IMG/VR virus record: IMGVR_UViG_3300017778_004783
Coordinates: 1 to 25,854 of that record
DNA: 25,854 nucleotides
Reading direction: 5' to 3' (one strand)
From: a virus
Lineage: Duplodnaviria; Caudoviricetes
Every line of letters begins with the position of its first letter. The stretch's first letter is position 1. The notes under the pieces were generated by a model. That model did no database searches. It was not told the origin of the DNA and saw only the letters and a list, made by a program, of their open reading frames with translations. This document shows positions 18,003-25,854 of the stretch, piece by piece. The position numbers were made by a program, and so were the translations under genes.

Positions 18003-21000
18003 TGGCTGTAACTAAGTATACCTATCCAAAACAAACTCCAGCTGGGGCAGGTACCTTTTCAAATAATTTGGTAGGGTTTCAACTTGTACAAGGAGGAGGA
18101 CTTACGCAAGGCAATTTTGAATTTACAACATCTGTAACTGAAAAATCAAATAGAAATTTTGGAACAGGTGTTTTTTCAAATCCAATATCGTTAGATACGT
18201 TAAATGTTAATCTTGCGGAATCAGCATCAATATTTGCTAATACATTTGAAGTATTTCCAAATTTAGATTTACAAGAAGTAACTAATTTTACATTATACGG
18301 ACCATTAAGTAAAAGACTATCATCTTCAGCTGAACATATTGTAAATTACTTCCCTGGAGGACTTGAGGTTACATATAAGAAACAAGATTTCTCAACAGGA
18401 TATACTGCTGATAATATTCTCTACGATTCATCCGAGGATATTACAGAATTTGACATCAGTGTTGATATGATTTCAAATCCTTTTGGAATTGATTTTACAA
18501 CAAACGCAACTAGAAATTTACAGGCTAGAGAAATTAAAGTTTCGGATTTAAGAAATTTAACCGTTGAATATCAAAACTATGTTTTAAATCTTAATGGGAA
18601 TTTTTATAGTTTAAATAATATTACTCCTACAACATCATTAACTGCAGGAACATTAACTGTATTTGTTAATGGTAATCCTTTTTCGGGTAATATTAATTCA
18701 ATTGATTATTTAGTTATTAGACCAAATGATGATATTGTTACTCGTGTTTTTACATTAGATTTAGACTATGTTGACAATTTCTTATTGAATAGGTCAACCG
18801 TTCCAAATTATACCGCATTATTTACCGTTCCGTTAGAAGCTGATGACGGTAGTTTTTATAACAGTTACGAAAAAGTTACTTGGCCATTATACGGTCAATG
18901 GAATTTAGATATTTTAACAGATGCATTTACATTATATCTTGAAAAATTAAGTACTATTGGTGACGAATTTGACAATTATAAAACAAATTTAGTTGCTCGT
19001 TTTTTAATTACTGATTCAATTATTGAATTTGATACAAAAGACCAAAAGGTTGACAAGGTATTAAAAATATATGGTAGAAGTTTTGATGAAACTAAAGTTT
19101 TCATTGACGCTTTGGCAAATATGAATTCTGTGAATTATAATATTGGTAACGATATACCTTCACAACTCTTAAAAAACCTTGCACAAACGTTAGGGTGGGA
19201 TACGAATATCTCACCAATTACTAATGAAAATTTTTTAGATTCATTATTTAGTGCAAACCCAACACCTAACTTTGACGGTATAAGTGCAAATCCGACACCT
19301 GATGAGTTAAACTACCAATACTATAGAAATTTAATTATAAACTCGGCTTATCTATATAAGTCAAAGGGTACAAGGAAATCAATTGAAAGTTTAATGAGAT
19401 TGATTGGGGCACCAGAAGCGTTAGTTGAGTTTAATGAAACGGTATATGTTGCTGACCAAAAAATAAACTTTTCACAGTTTAACCAACAATACGAATTAAC
19501 CGCCGGAGGTTCATATGTTCAACAATCAGTTCAATGGAACCCAAGTGTTACATATTCAATCCAAGGAACGGTTTACACAGCATTTACTGCAACAAGTACA
19601 GTAATTCAGACAGACACAGTTAGGGAGGATTACCCAATTGATTCATTTGGATACCCAATGATGCCAACTGAAAGTGAGGATTATTATTTTCAAATAGGTG
19701 AAGGATGGTTTGAATCAACACCTAAACATAGAAGTAATGAAATAATTAATACTACTTTAAGTGTGTTTACGGGCCAGAATTTTGATGTTCAAACTCAATT
19801 GGCTCCGTTTACTTACGGACAACCTTATTTAGATAGATACCGAACTTTTCCATATTTGGAATTAGGATTTGATTTAACAAGAACAATTGATAATAAAAAG
19901 AGTTGGGTTAGTAATGAAACAAATCATAAATACTCAAACGCAGGATTTAATTCAAATTATACAACTGAAGATGATAGATTGGTTGTTAATGTTAAAAACG
20001 TTGATTTATATTTAAATCCGGCTCAAGGATTATTATACGATGTATGGTGGGTTTCACAACAATCAAACTATCCAATTCCAAGTACAGGTCTTCCACAATT
20101 TTCATCTGCGTCATTAGACTATGGATTTCCTTTGGGACCTTGTAACTATAGTGCGGGAACAAGTGTTAGTGGTTTAACTTATTGTGGGTTTGAATTTGAT
20201 AAAACTATTATTGACCCAAAACCACAGAAGAAAACATTTTTTGAATTTGCCCAAGACTTTATCTCAAATATGATAAATGTTAGGGATAGACTTTTCATTA
20301 GTGATGGTAAGACTGGTGGATACCCAAGATTACAATCAATATTTTGGGAATACCTTCTTTCAGAACAAACTGTCAATATTCCAACCAACCAATTCACTTA
20401 CGATAAGTTAATTGAATACGTTAATGGATTAGGTGATTATTGGATTAGATTGGTGGAACAAATGGTTCCCGCAACTACAATTTGGAATACAGGTACTAAA
20501 CTTGAAAACTCGGTATTCCATAGACAAAAATTTGTTTACAGACGACAAAAAGGTTGTGAAATTGTACCAATTGCTTGTGAATCTTGTAAGGCTACGGGAC
20601 CATTATATTCTTACGATTGTAACTATGAAAAGATAAATTGTTCAATATATCCTTGGTTAAATGGTAATACAACAGTACCATCTTTTGGTGAAGTTTTAAA
20701 TACAACATTGAATAGTTACCTATCAAGTATTAGTTTAAGTATACTTGATTGTGATATAAATACATTAATTAGTACTTGGTATGTTGATGTAACTGTTAAT
20801 AGTAATCAACTTATACAATCTCAATTCTATCAAGGATATGGACCAACAGATTTCCCGACTTCGGCGGAATGGTTATCAGCTCTTCAAACATATTTACCAC
20901 AACTTAATAATTATAACTTGAGTTTTTATATAAATAACTCAACTTTATATATACAAAATATGAATTGTGGACAAGACTTTTTACAAGACACATTCCAATT

Positions 21001-21037
21001 AAATATGGGAATAAACTTTTCATTAGCGTGTAATTAA
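18002..21037 (+). CDS. Baseplate wedge protein with a P2 gpI / T4 gp7-like core and large extensions
   Basis: DIPSQLLKNLAQTLGW and YLYKSKGTRKSIESLMRLIG (19151-19409) resemble the tail protein I family LxxLAxxxG...YxxKGTxxxI motif; the gene lies downstream of gp25/gp6. Confidence 0.68.
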   Translation: MAVTKYTYPKQTPAGAGTFSNNLVGFQLVQGGGLTQGNFEFTTSVTEKSNRNFGTGVFSNPISLDTLNVNLAESASIFANTFEVFPNLDLQEVTNFTLYGPLSKRLSSSAEHIVNYFPGGLEVTYKKQDFSTGYTADNILYDSSEDITEFDISVDMISNPFGIDFTTNATRNLQAREIKVSDLRNLTVEYQNYVLNLNGNFYSLNNITPTTSLTAGTLTVFVNGNPFSGNINSIDYLVIRPNDDIVTRVFTLDLDYVDNFLLNRSTVPNYTALFTVPLEADDGSFYNSYEKVTWPLYGQWNLDILTDAFTLYLEKLSTIGDEFDNYKTNLVARFLITDSIIEFDTKDQKVDKVLKIYGRSFDETKVFIDALANMNSVNYNIGNDIPSQLLKNLAQTLGWDTNISPITNENFLDSLFSANPTPNFDGISANPTPDELNYQYYRNLIINSAYLYKSKGTRKSIESLMRLIGAPEALVEFNETVYVADQKINFSQFNQQYELTAGGSYVQQSVQWNPSVTYSIQGTVYTAFTATSTVIQTDTVREDYPIDSFGYPMMPTESEDYYFQIGEGWFESTPKHRSNEIINTTLSVFTGQNFDVQTQLAPFTYGQPYLDRYRTFPYLELGFDLTRTIDNKKSWVSNETNHKYSNAGFNSNYTTEDDRLVVNVKNVDLYLNPAQGLLYDVWWVSQQSNYPIPSTGLPQFSSASLDYGFPLGPCNYSAGTSVSGLTYCGFEFDKTIIDPKPQKKTFFEFAQDFISNMINVRDRLFISDGKTGGYPRLQSIFWEYLLSEQTVNIPTNQFTYDKLIEYVNGLGDYWIRLVEQMVPATTIWNTGTKLENSVFHRQKFVYRRQKGCEIVPIACESCKATGPLYSYDCNYEKINCSIYPWLNGNTTVPSFGEVLNTTLNSYLSSISLSILDCDINTLISTWYVDVTVNSNQLIQSQFYQGYGPTDFPTSAEWLSALQTYLPQLNNYNLSFYINNSTLYIQNMNCGQDFLQDTFQLNMGINFSLACN

Positions 21038-23175
21038 TGGGTGTAATAGAATATAATATAGCATTAACAGGGGATTGTACTAATTCAGGATTAGGGGCAA
21101 TGCAATTGAGTATTTCTGGAGGTACTCCTAATTATACCGTGACTTGGTTAACTCCGGCGTATTCTCCTAATATTTTGGCAGCAAGTGGAGTGACCAAAAA
21201 TAACTTATCTTATGGGTCATATACTTTTTATATCAGCGACCAATCAGTCCCGATAAACACAAGTGAATACATTAATTTCTTTATTTCAACAGGATGTTGT
21301 ATTTCTATTGAAACTCAAGACACCACTTGTAGTTTGTCAAATGGACAGATTACCGCAACAACAGCCTTTAATTTAGGGAATATTGATATGTACCTTTATA
21401 AAGATGAAGTGTATGTGTATAGTGCTTCAAGTTTTAATACAGAAGTAATATTCTCAAATTTATCCGCAGGAACATATCAAATACTTGCAACTGACGTTGG
21501 AGGGTGTGGTTGTTCAAGTCAGACTTGTATAATTAGAAATAATTCATCGGCTTTTGATTATGGATTGTTGGTAGTTAGCGCTAGTACTTGTACCTCTAAT
21601 CTTGGTAAATTAATTGTTACAGGAAATACAGGAATACCTCCATTTATTTACAATTGGTCAAGTAATGTACCAAACGCAAGTTTAACTGCAAGTACTGTTA
21701 CGGGATTATCTGCAGGAAGTTATAGTGTTATAATCACTGACTCAACAGGATGTCAAGTTACTAAAAGTGCAACTGTTGGGTACGTCCCTAATTTTGGATT
21801 AACATATTATACCGCAACACAAGCGTCTTGTCTTTCTGACAATGGTACCGTTACATTTTATTTGTCAGGAGGTACCCCACCGTATTATTACATATTATCA
21901 AATGGTGACTCCGCAATAAGTTATAACCAAAGTTACACTTTTAGTGGTTTAGCATCTAATACATATTCAATTCAGGTGGTTGATTTAGCATTGTGTACGT
22001 TTACACAACCTTTCCAAATCCCAATGGAAGGAAACTTTAATGTAATTGGAGTTAGTACTACAGGTGTTACTTGTACTTCATATGGTGTGTTGTCAGTTAA
22101 TTTAATTGGTAACCCTCCATTCACATACAATTTAACTAATAGTTATAGTGAGAGTCAAACAATCATTACTCAAGTAAGTAACTATCAATTTACTAATTTA
22201 ACTGCTGACACTTATACTTTAATTGTTTCAGACTATCTTGGTACTTGTGAATACACTGATACATATGTTATTAGTGGATTAACTAATTTTAGTATCTCAA
22301 CTACTTTTACAGGTACTACTTGTATGTCTGATAACGGTGGAATTACGGTCAACGTTAATCCTGATAACTCAACAACATTTACTTACGATTTACAAGGTAT
22401 TGAAAATTCAGGACCAATTAATAATACCACATATACATTTTCAGGATTAACGACAGGGATTTATACTTTAACTGTTACTGATGAAAGTGGGTGTACTCAA
22501 AGTCAATCAATTACTCTTATCAATGAGTCAATGGTTAATTTTAACCTTTATGCCACAAGTTGTGGGTTAGGTTCACAAGGTACTGTAAGTGCGGTTATTA
22601 CTGATGGAACTCCACCGTTTACATTTAATTGGACGGGAGATTCAGTTGGATATCAAACAGGTGTTTATTTAACGGGATTAACCTCAGATAGTTATATTTT
22701 ACAATTAATTGACAGTAATGGATGTGAATTAACAAAGTCAATAACTGTTAGTTGTGGTAATTTAATAACGGCATCTTACCAAGTATTCAATATTTGTGAA
22801 AGTGAATTTCTTGAGGTTCCTAACCAAAAAAGAGGATTAACACAAATGTTAAATGAAGGATATCAAGATTTAATTAATGGAGATATATGTCAATTAAATT
22901 ATGCTAATTTTAATACGGTTATTACTGTTGGTAGTAATGTTTATACAGAAACTTTCTTTACTACCACATCATTGGGTAATGTTCCTACGGATGATTTATG
23001 GATAGCATCAATTGAAAATCTATTAGGTTCAGCATATGGTATTGGTAGTGTTAGTATTAATTCAAGTCAAAATATAGTGTTAATATTATCTGATTGTAAT
23101 CTTTCTTATGATATATTACAAGACCAAAATATTAAAATTGATTTACAAATACAGTACAATATAAGCTGTCAATAA
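21037..23175 (+). CDS. SprB-repeat, Cys-rich putative tail appendage/adhesin
   Basis: About 7 tandem beta-sandwich units of the type C...G.I.....GGTPPY.Y.W...GLSAGxYxVxxTDxxGC (for example GGTPNYTVTW, GLSAGSYSVIITDSTGC, GLTTGIYTLTVTDESGC, DGTPPFTFNW). No signal peptide or T9SS C-terminal domain is evident. Confidence 0.75.
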   Translation: MGVIEYNIALTGDCTNSGLGAMQLSISGGTPNYTVTWLTPAYSPNILAASGVTKNNLSYGSYTFYISDQSVPINTSEYINFFISTGCCISIETQDTTCSLSNGQITATTAFNLGNIDMYLYKDEVYVYSASSFNTEVIFSNLSAGTYQILATDVGGCGCSSQTCIIRNNSSAFDYGLLVVSASTCTSNLGKLIVTGNTGIPPFIYNWSSNVPNASLTASTVTGLSAGSYSVIITDSTGCQVTKSATVGYVPNFGLTYYTATQASCLSDNGTVTFYLSGGTPPYYYILSNGDSAISYNQSYTFSGLASNTYSIQVVDLALCTFTQPFQIPMEGNFNVIGVSTTGVTCTSYGVLSVNLIGNPPFTYNLTNSYSESQTIITQVSNYQFTNLTADTYTLIVSDYLGTCEYTDTYVISGLTNFSISTTFTGTTCMSDNGGITVNVNPDNSTTFTYDLQGIENSGPINNTTYTFSGLTTGIYTLTVTDESGCTQSQSITLINESMVNFNLYATSCGLGSQGTVSAVITDGTPPFTFNWTGDSVGYQTGVYLTGLTSDSYILQLIDSNGCELTKSITVSCGNLITASYQVFNICESEFLEVPNQKRGLTQMLNEGYQDLINGDICQLNYANFNTVITVGSNVYTETFFTTTSLGNVPTDDLWIASIENLLGSAYGIGSVSINSSQNIVLILSDCNLSYDILQDQNIKIDLQIQYNISCQ

Positions 23176-23181
23176 GATTAA

Positions 23182-24225
23182 ATGTGTCTAATTACGTTAA
23201 ATATTATCACGGGAACCCCACCATATACGGTTGAGGTTTGTGATGTTTTTGGTAGTAATTGTGTCACTGTTGCGTATATTACTGGTTATGTACCACCTGA
23301 TTTTGATGTTATTGTTCCACCACCATATGATGTTGCACCCATTTTAAAAGTTAGAGTTTATGATGCAAATGGGTGTATACAGGACAGTAATATGACAATG
23401 ATGAGTCCGACACCGGCAAATTCAAATACACCAACCCCAACTGTTACCCCAAGTATTACTCCGACAAATACTGTAACTCCAACAGTTACTCCAAGTTCTC
23501 AATCACCAACACCTACCCCAACACCTACTCAAACCCCCGGTTCACCTACCCCAACACCTACAAAAACTCAAACTCCAACTGTAACTAAAACACCGACTAA
23601 AACACCAACTAAAACACCAACAGTTACACCTACTATGACACCATCGTCATCACCATTACCACCAACTAAAGCGTTCTTATTTATTGAGCCTTATAGCGGT
23701 TCAAGTAGTATTGGTAGTTGGATGTATTCATCGTTAGGTTCAGGATTCTACGGATTTACAAATGGTACTCAACCAACACAAACACAGGGAACATTTAATG
23801 TGGAATTAAATACTTATGTTAATTTCTCAGGATGGACAACCGGACTATTTCCTCCAATTATTAATCAAGACGTTCCACAATCAACAGGCGGATTTGATTC
23901 CTATGGTAATCCAATCATTGCTTATAACTTTAAAACAACTATAGTATCCGCAAATACTGTTTCATCAGGAAAAGCTTGGTTTACTTGGATGATACCTACA
24001 GGACAAACTAATGGTTTATATCAAACAAAAATTGATTATAGTACATCAAGTCCTATAATATTAACAACTGTACTAACAGAACCTACAATATATTCATACT
24101 ATTTCACATATACAGGCGATACAATTCCAAAAACAACATATAGGGTATATACGACATACCCGTCAACTAACTTTGAGTTATTGAATATCTCAGACATTTA
24201 CTTTATGGGAAATACGGTTAGCTGA
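23182..24225 (+). CDS. Putative virion surface protein: small N-terminal beta domain, Pro/Thr linker, C-terminal domain
   Basis: 347 aa. The N-terminal [11 protein letters not shown]...VRVYDANGC resembles one SprB-like unit, followed by an 88-aa PT-rich tract. Ends TGA-TAA. Confidence 0.72.
   Translation: MCLITLNIITGTPPYTVEVCDVFGSNCVTVAYITGYVPPDFDVIVPPPYDVAPILKVRVYDANGCIQDSNMTMMSPTPANSNTPTPTVTPSITPTNTVTPTVTPSSQSPTPTPTPTQTPGSPTPTPTKTQTPTVTKTPTKTPTKTPTVTPTMTPSSSPLPPTKAFLFIEPYSGSSSIGSWMYSSLGSGFYGFTNGTQPTQTQGTFNVELNTYVNFSGWTTGLFPPIINQDVPQSTGGFDSYGNPIIAYNFKTTIVSANTVSSGKAWFTWMIPTGQTNGLYQTKIDYSTSSPIILTTVLTEPTIYSYYFTYTGDTIPKTTYRVYTTYPSTNFELLNISDIYFMGNTVS
23404..23667 (+). repeat. Pro/Thr-rich low-complexity coding repeat (xTPT units)
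   Basis: Encodes [30 protein letters not shown]...[28 protein letters not shown], including tandem ACTAAAACACC(A/G) 12-mers. Confidence 0.9.
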
Positions 24226-24239
24226 TAATTATATTATAT

Positions 24240-25854
24240 ATGTCATCATTTCCGTATAAAAATCCTATCAGCTCAGAGCAATTAAACGGTGTTCAATCAG
24301 TCCAAAGAAGTGAAGTTTTTGGGACAAATTTTTCCGTATTATCTGTTGGTGGATATATGGAAGTGTTCAACCTATCCGATTTAATTTATACAATAAATGG
24401 ATTAGGTCCTATTGAATATAGTGGAAATACAATTCCAATTGATTTTTTAAAAGGTACAGGGGCAGCTTGGTCTCCTGATGTGTTAACTCTTAATTCTGAT
24501 AATATATCATCAGGTAGAAGACGACTTGGTATGTTAGCATATGTTTATGAAGTTGACCAAGTATATCAATATAGAATAGATAATTATGAATCTTTATGGA
24601 CCGCAGCAACCGCAAATACAGGTACTGTTGTTATTTCAGATTTTGGAACAACCGTATATAATTCAAGTGTTGCGGGACAAAATTTTATAAACGCTTGGAC
24701 AGCTTCTACAATAGAAGATGTTAGTGGTGCAACACATATTACTGCGGTGTGGAAAAAGTTTTCATCGGGTTCAAGCTCAGGAGGAACATCAGGTGCGTAT
24801 CTACCATTAAGTGGAGGTACTGTAACGGGGCCAACTATTTTTCAAAACGGGTTAACTGCTAACACAATATCTGCTACAACATACCAAAATCTACCAACTG
24901 ATATTCGTACAACTGGAGGGACTTATTCTAACAATACGTTTATGTTTACTAATAATACTGGTGGAACATATTCTGTATTATTTAATACAGTTACAGGATT
25001 AACTGTCAACGGTAATTTTACGGTTACAGGTAATACTTTATTACAAGGACTAACCGCTACAACAATATCTGCGACAACCTATAGTAATTTACCAAGTGGT
25101 TTATACATTACGGGAACAGGTGTTAACTCAACTGTTAGATGTGGGGTAAATAATACTGCTGCGGGTGATTTTGGGGCTTCTTTGGGAGGTTCGGGTAATA
25201 CCGCTTCAGGTAAATATTCATTTGTTGGAGGGGGTATATCCAATTCGTCAACATATTCGTATAGTTTAGTTTCAGGTGGACGTAGTAACACTGCAAGTAA
25301 TGTTTATTCCTTTGTAGGTGGAGGATATTGTAATACCGCAAGTGGTAGCACATCAACTATAAGTGGGGGATATTGTAATATTAATGGAGGAGACTCTTCA
25401 TTTATTGGGGCAGGTAGATGTAATACTATGTCGGTAAGTGGTGGAATTATTGGAGGAGGTTCAACTAACACTATTAGTAGTAATTATTCAGTTATTGGAG
25501 GAGGAACAAATAACACCGTAAGTGGTTATATTTCATTTGTAGGTGGTGGGCAACAAAACACCTCAAGTGGTAGTTACTCAACCGTAGGTGGAGGATGTAA
25601 TAACACAGCAAGTGGTGGTGGGTCAACTGTAAGTGGGGGATATTTTAATGCTGCAAGTGGTATAACGTCATTCATTGGGGGTGGAAGTTGTAACACCACC
25701 ACCTTTGGTAAAGGAATAACTAATCAAACTATAAGTGGAGGATATGGTAACACCACAAGTGGTGACGCATCAACAATTGCTGGAGGATGTAAAAATATCG
25801 CTGGTGGTAAGTTATCATTCATTGGTGGAGGTAGTGGTAACACCGCAAGTGGAA
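24240..25854 (+). CDS. Tail fibre / adhesin-like protein, 3'-truncated by the window edge (absent from the ORF track)
   Basis: ATG at 24240, translated by hand with no stop to the window end (>=538 aa, MSSFPYKNPISSEQLNG...). Contains the fibre-type motif YLPLSGGTVTG, a duplicated GLTAxTISATTYxNLP, and 15-aa repeats. Confidence 0.85.
   Translation, partial: MSSFPYKNPISSEQLNGVQSVQRSEVFGTNFSVLSVGGYMEVFNLSDLIYTINGLGPIEYSGNTIPIDFLKGTGAAWSPDVLTLNSDNISSGRRRLGMLAYVYEVDQVYQYRIDNYESLWTAATANTGTVVISDFGTTVYNSSVAGQNFINAWTASTIEDVSGATHITAVWKKFSSGSSSGGTSGAYLPLSGGTVTGPTIFQNGLTANTISATTYQNLPTDIRTTGGTYSNNTFMFTNNTGGTYSVLFNTVTGLTVNGNFTVTGNTLLQGLTATTISATTYSNLPSGLYITGTGVNSTVRCGVNNTAAGDFGASLGGSGNTASGKYSFVGGGISNSSTYSYSLVSGGRSNTASNVYSFVGGGYCNTASGSTSTISGGYCNINGGDSSFIGAGRCNTMSVSGGIIGGGSTNTISSNYSVIGGGTNNTVSGYISFVGGGQQNTSSGSYSTVGGGCNNTASGGGSTVSGGYFNAASGITSFIGGGSCNTTTFGKGITNQTISGGYGNTTSGDASTIAGGCKNIAGGKLSFIGGGSGNTASG
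25152..25854 (+). repeat. Tandem 45-nt / 15-aa degenerate repeat NTASGxYSxVGGGxx (at least 15 units)
   Basis: Units include NTAAGDFGASLGGSG, NTASGKYSFVGGGIS, NTASNVYSFVGGGYC, NTSSGSYSTVGGGCN. One unit carries a 4-aa insertion, and the array continues past the edge. Confidence 0.92.

Larger units (their letters stand above)
1..25854 (+). mobile_element. Segment of a large tailed (myovirus-like) bacteriophage genome: replication/nucleotide metabolism genes followed by a baseplate and tail-fibre module
   Basis: Helicase and RNR genes are directly followed by gp25-like, gp6-like, gp7/gpI-like and fibre genes. All genes are co-oriented with very short or overlapping spacers, and no cellular housekeeping context is visible. 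Confidence 0.88.

Noticed and set aside
24220-24228. Possible stop-codon reassignment (13 of 14 complete genes end in TAA, none in TAG, and the single TGA is followed by TAA)
   Set aside because: All genes are full-length under the standard code with no in-frame TAG/TGA interruptions; TAA bias is expected in AT-rich DNA.
1144-25356. The short (60-109 aa) alternative-frame and minus-strand ORFs in the track
   Set aside because: All overlap long, motif-supported + strand genes, have shadow-like composition and show no recognisable motifs.
5754-25854. Bacterial extracellular contractile injection system or T6SS locus
   Set aside because: Direct linkage to a phage-type helicase and RNR, and no AAA ATPase, VgrG/PAAR or cellular genes in view.
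25152-25854. CRISPR array, DGR template/variable repeat, or ice-nucleation protein
   Set aside because: The repeats are degenerate, in-frame and conserved at the protein level with no spacer structure; there is no reverse transcriptase or adenine-only mismatched pair; the period is 15 aa rather than the 16-aa AGYGSTxTA type.

Overview
An AT-rich, densely coding segment with every credible gene on the + strand, most likely from a large myovirus-type (contractile-tailed) phage. The host is probably Bacteroidota; this is an inference from the lack of Shine-Dalgarno sites, the eukaryote/Bacteroidota-type class Ia RNR and the SprB-type repeats. Left part (1-4824): DnaB-family helicase, nrdB and nrdA. 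Next is a flavodoxin-fold (FMN reductase-like) gene sitting between two hairpin terminators with identical stems. From 5754 to the window end runs a baseplate/tail module: gp25-like, gp6/gpJ-like, five poorly characterised proteins (one is 1772 aa with a long transmembrane-like segment, one has no in-frame ATG), a gp7/gpI-like protein, an SprB-repeat protein, a Pro/Thr-linker protein, and a truncated tail fibre with 15-aa repeats that the ORF track missed. The most notable observations are a 95-aa C-terminal domain shared by the gp7-like and SprB-repeat proteins, the membrane-like baseplate-region protein, the terminator-bounded flavoprotein cassette with a possible capsid-targeting leader, a recurrent TATTTAT upstream motif, and strong GATC avoidance. 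All family calls come from motif recognition by eye; no database searches were run.
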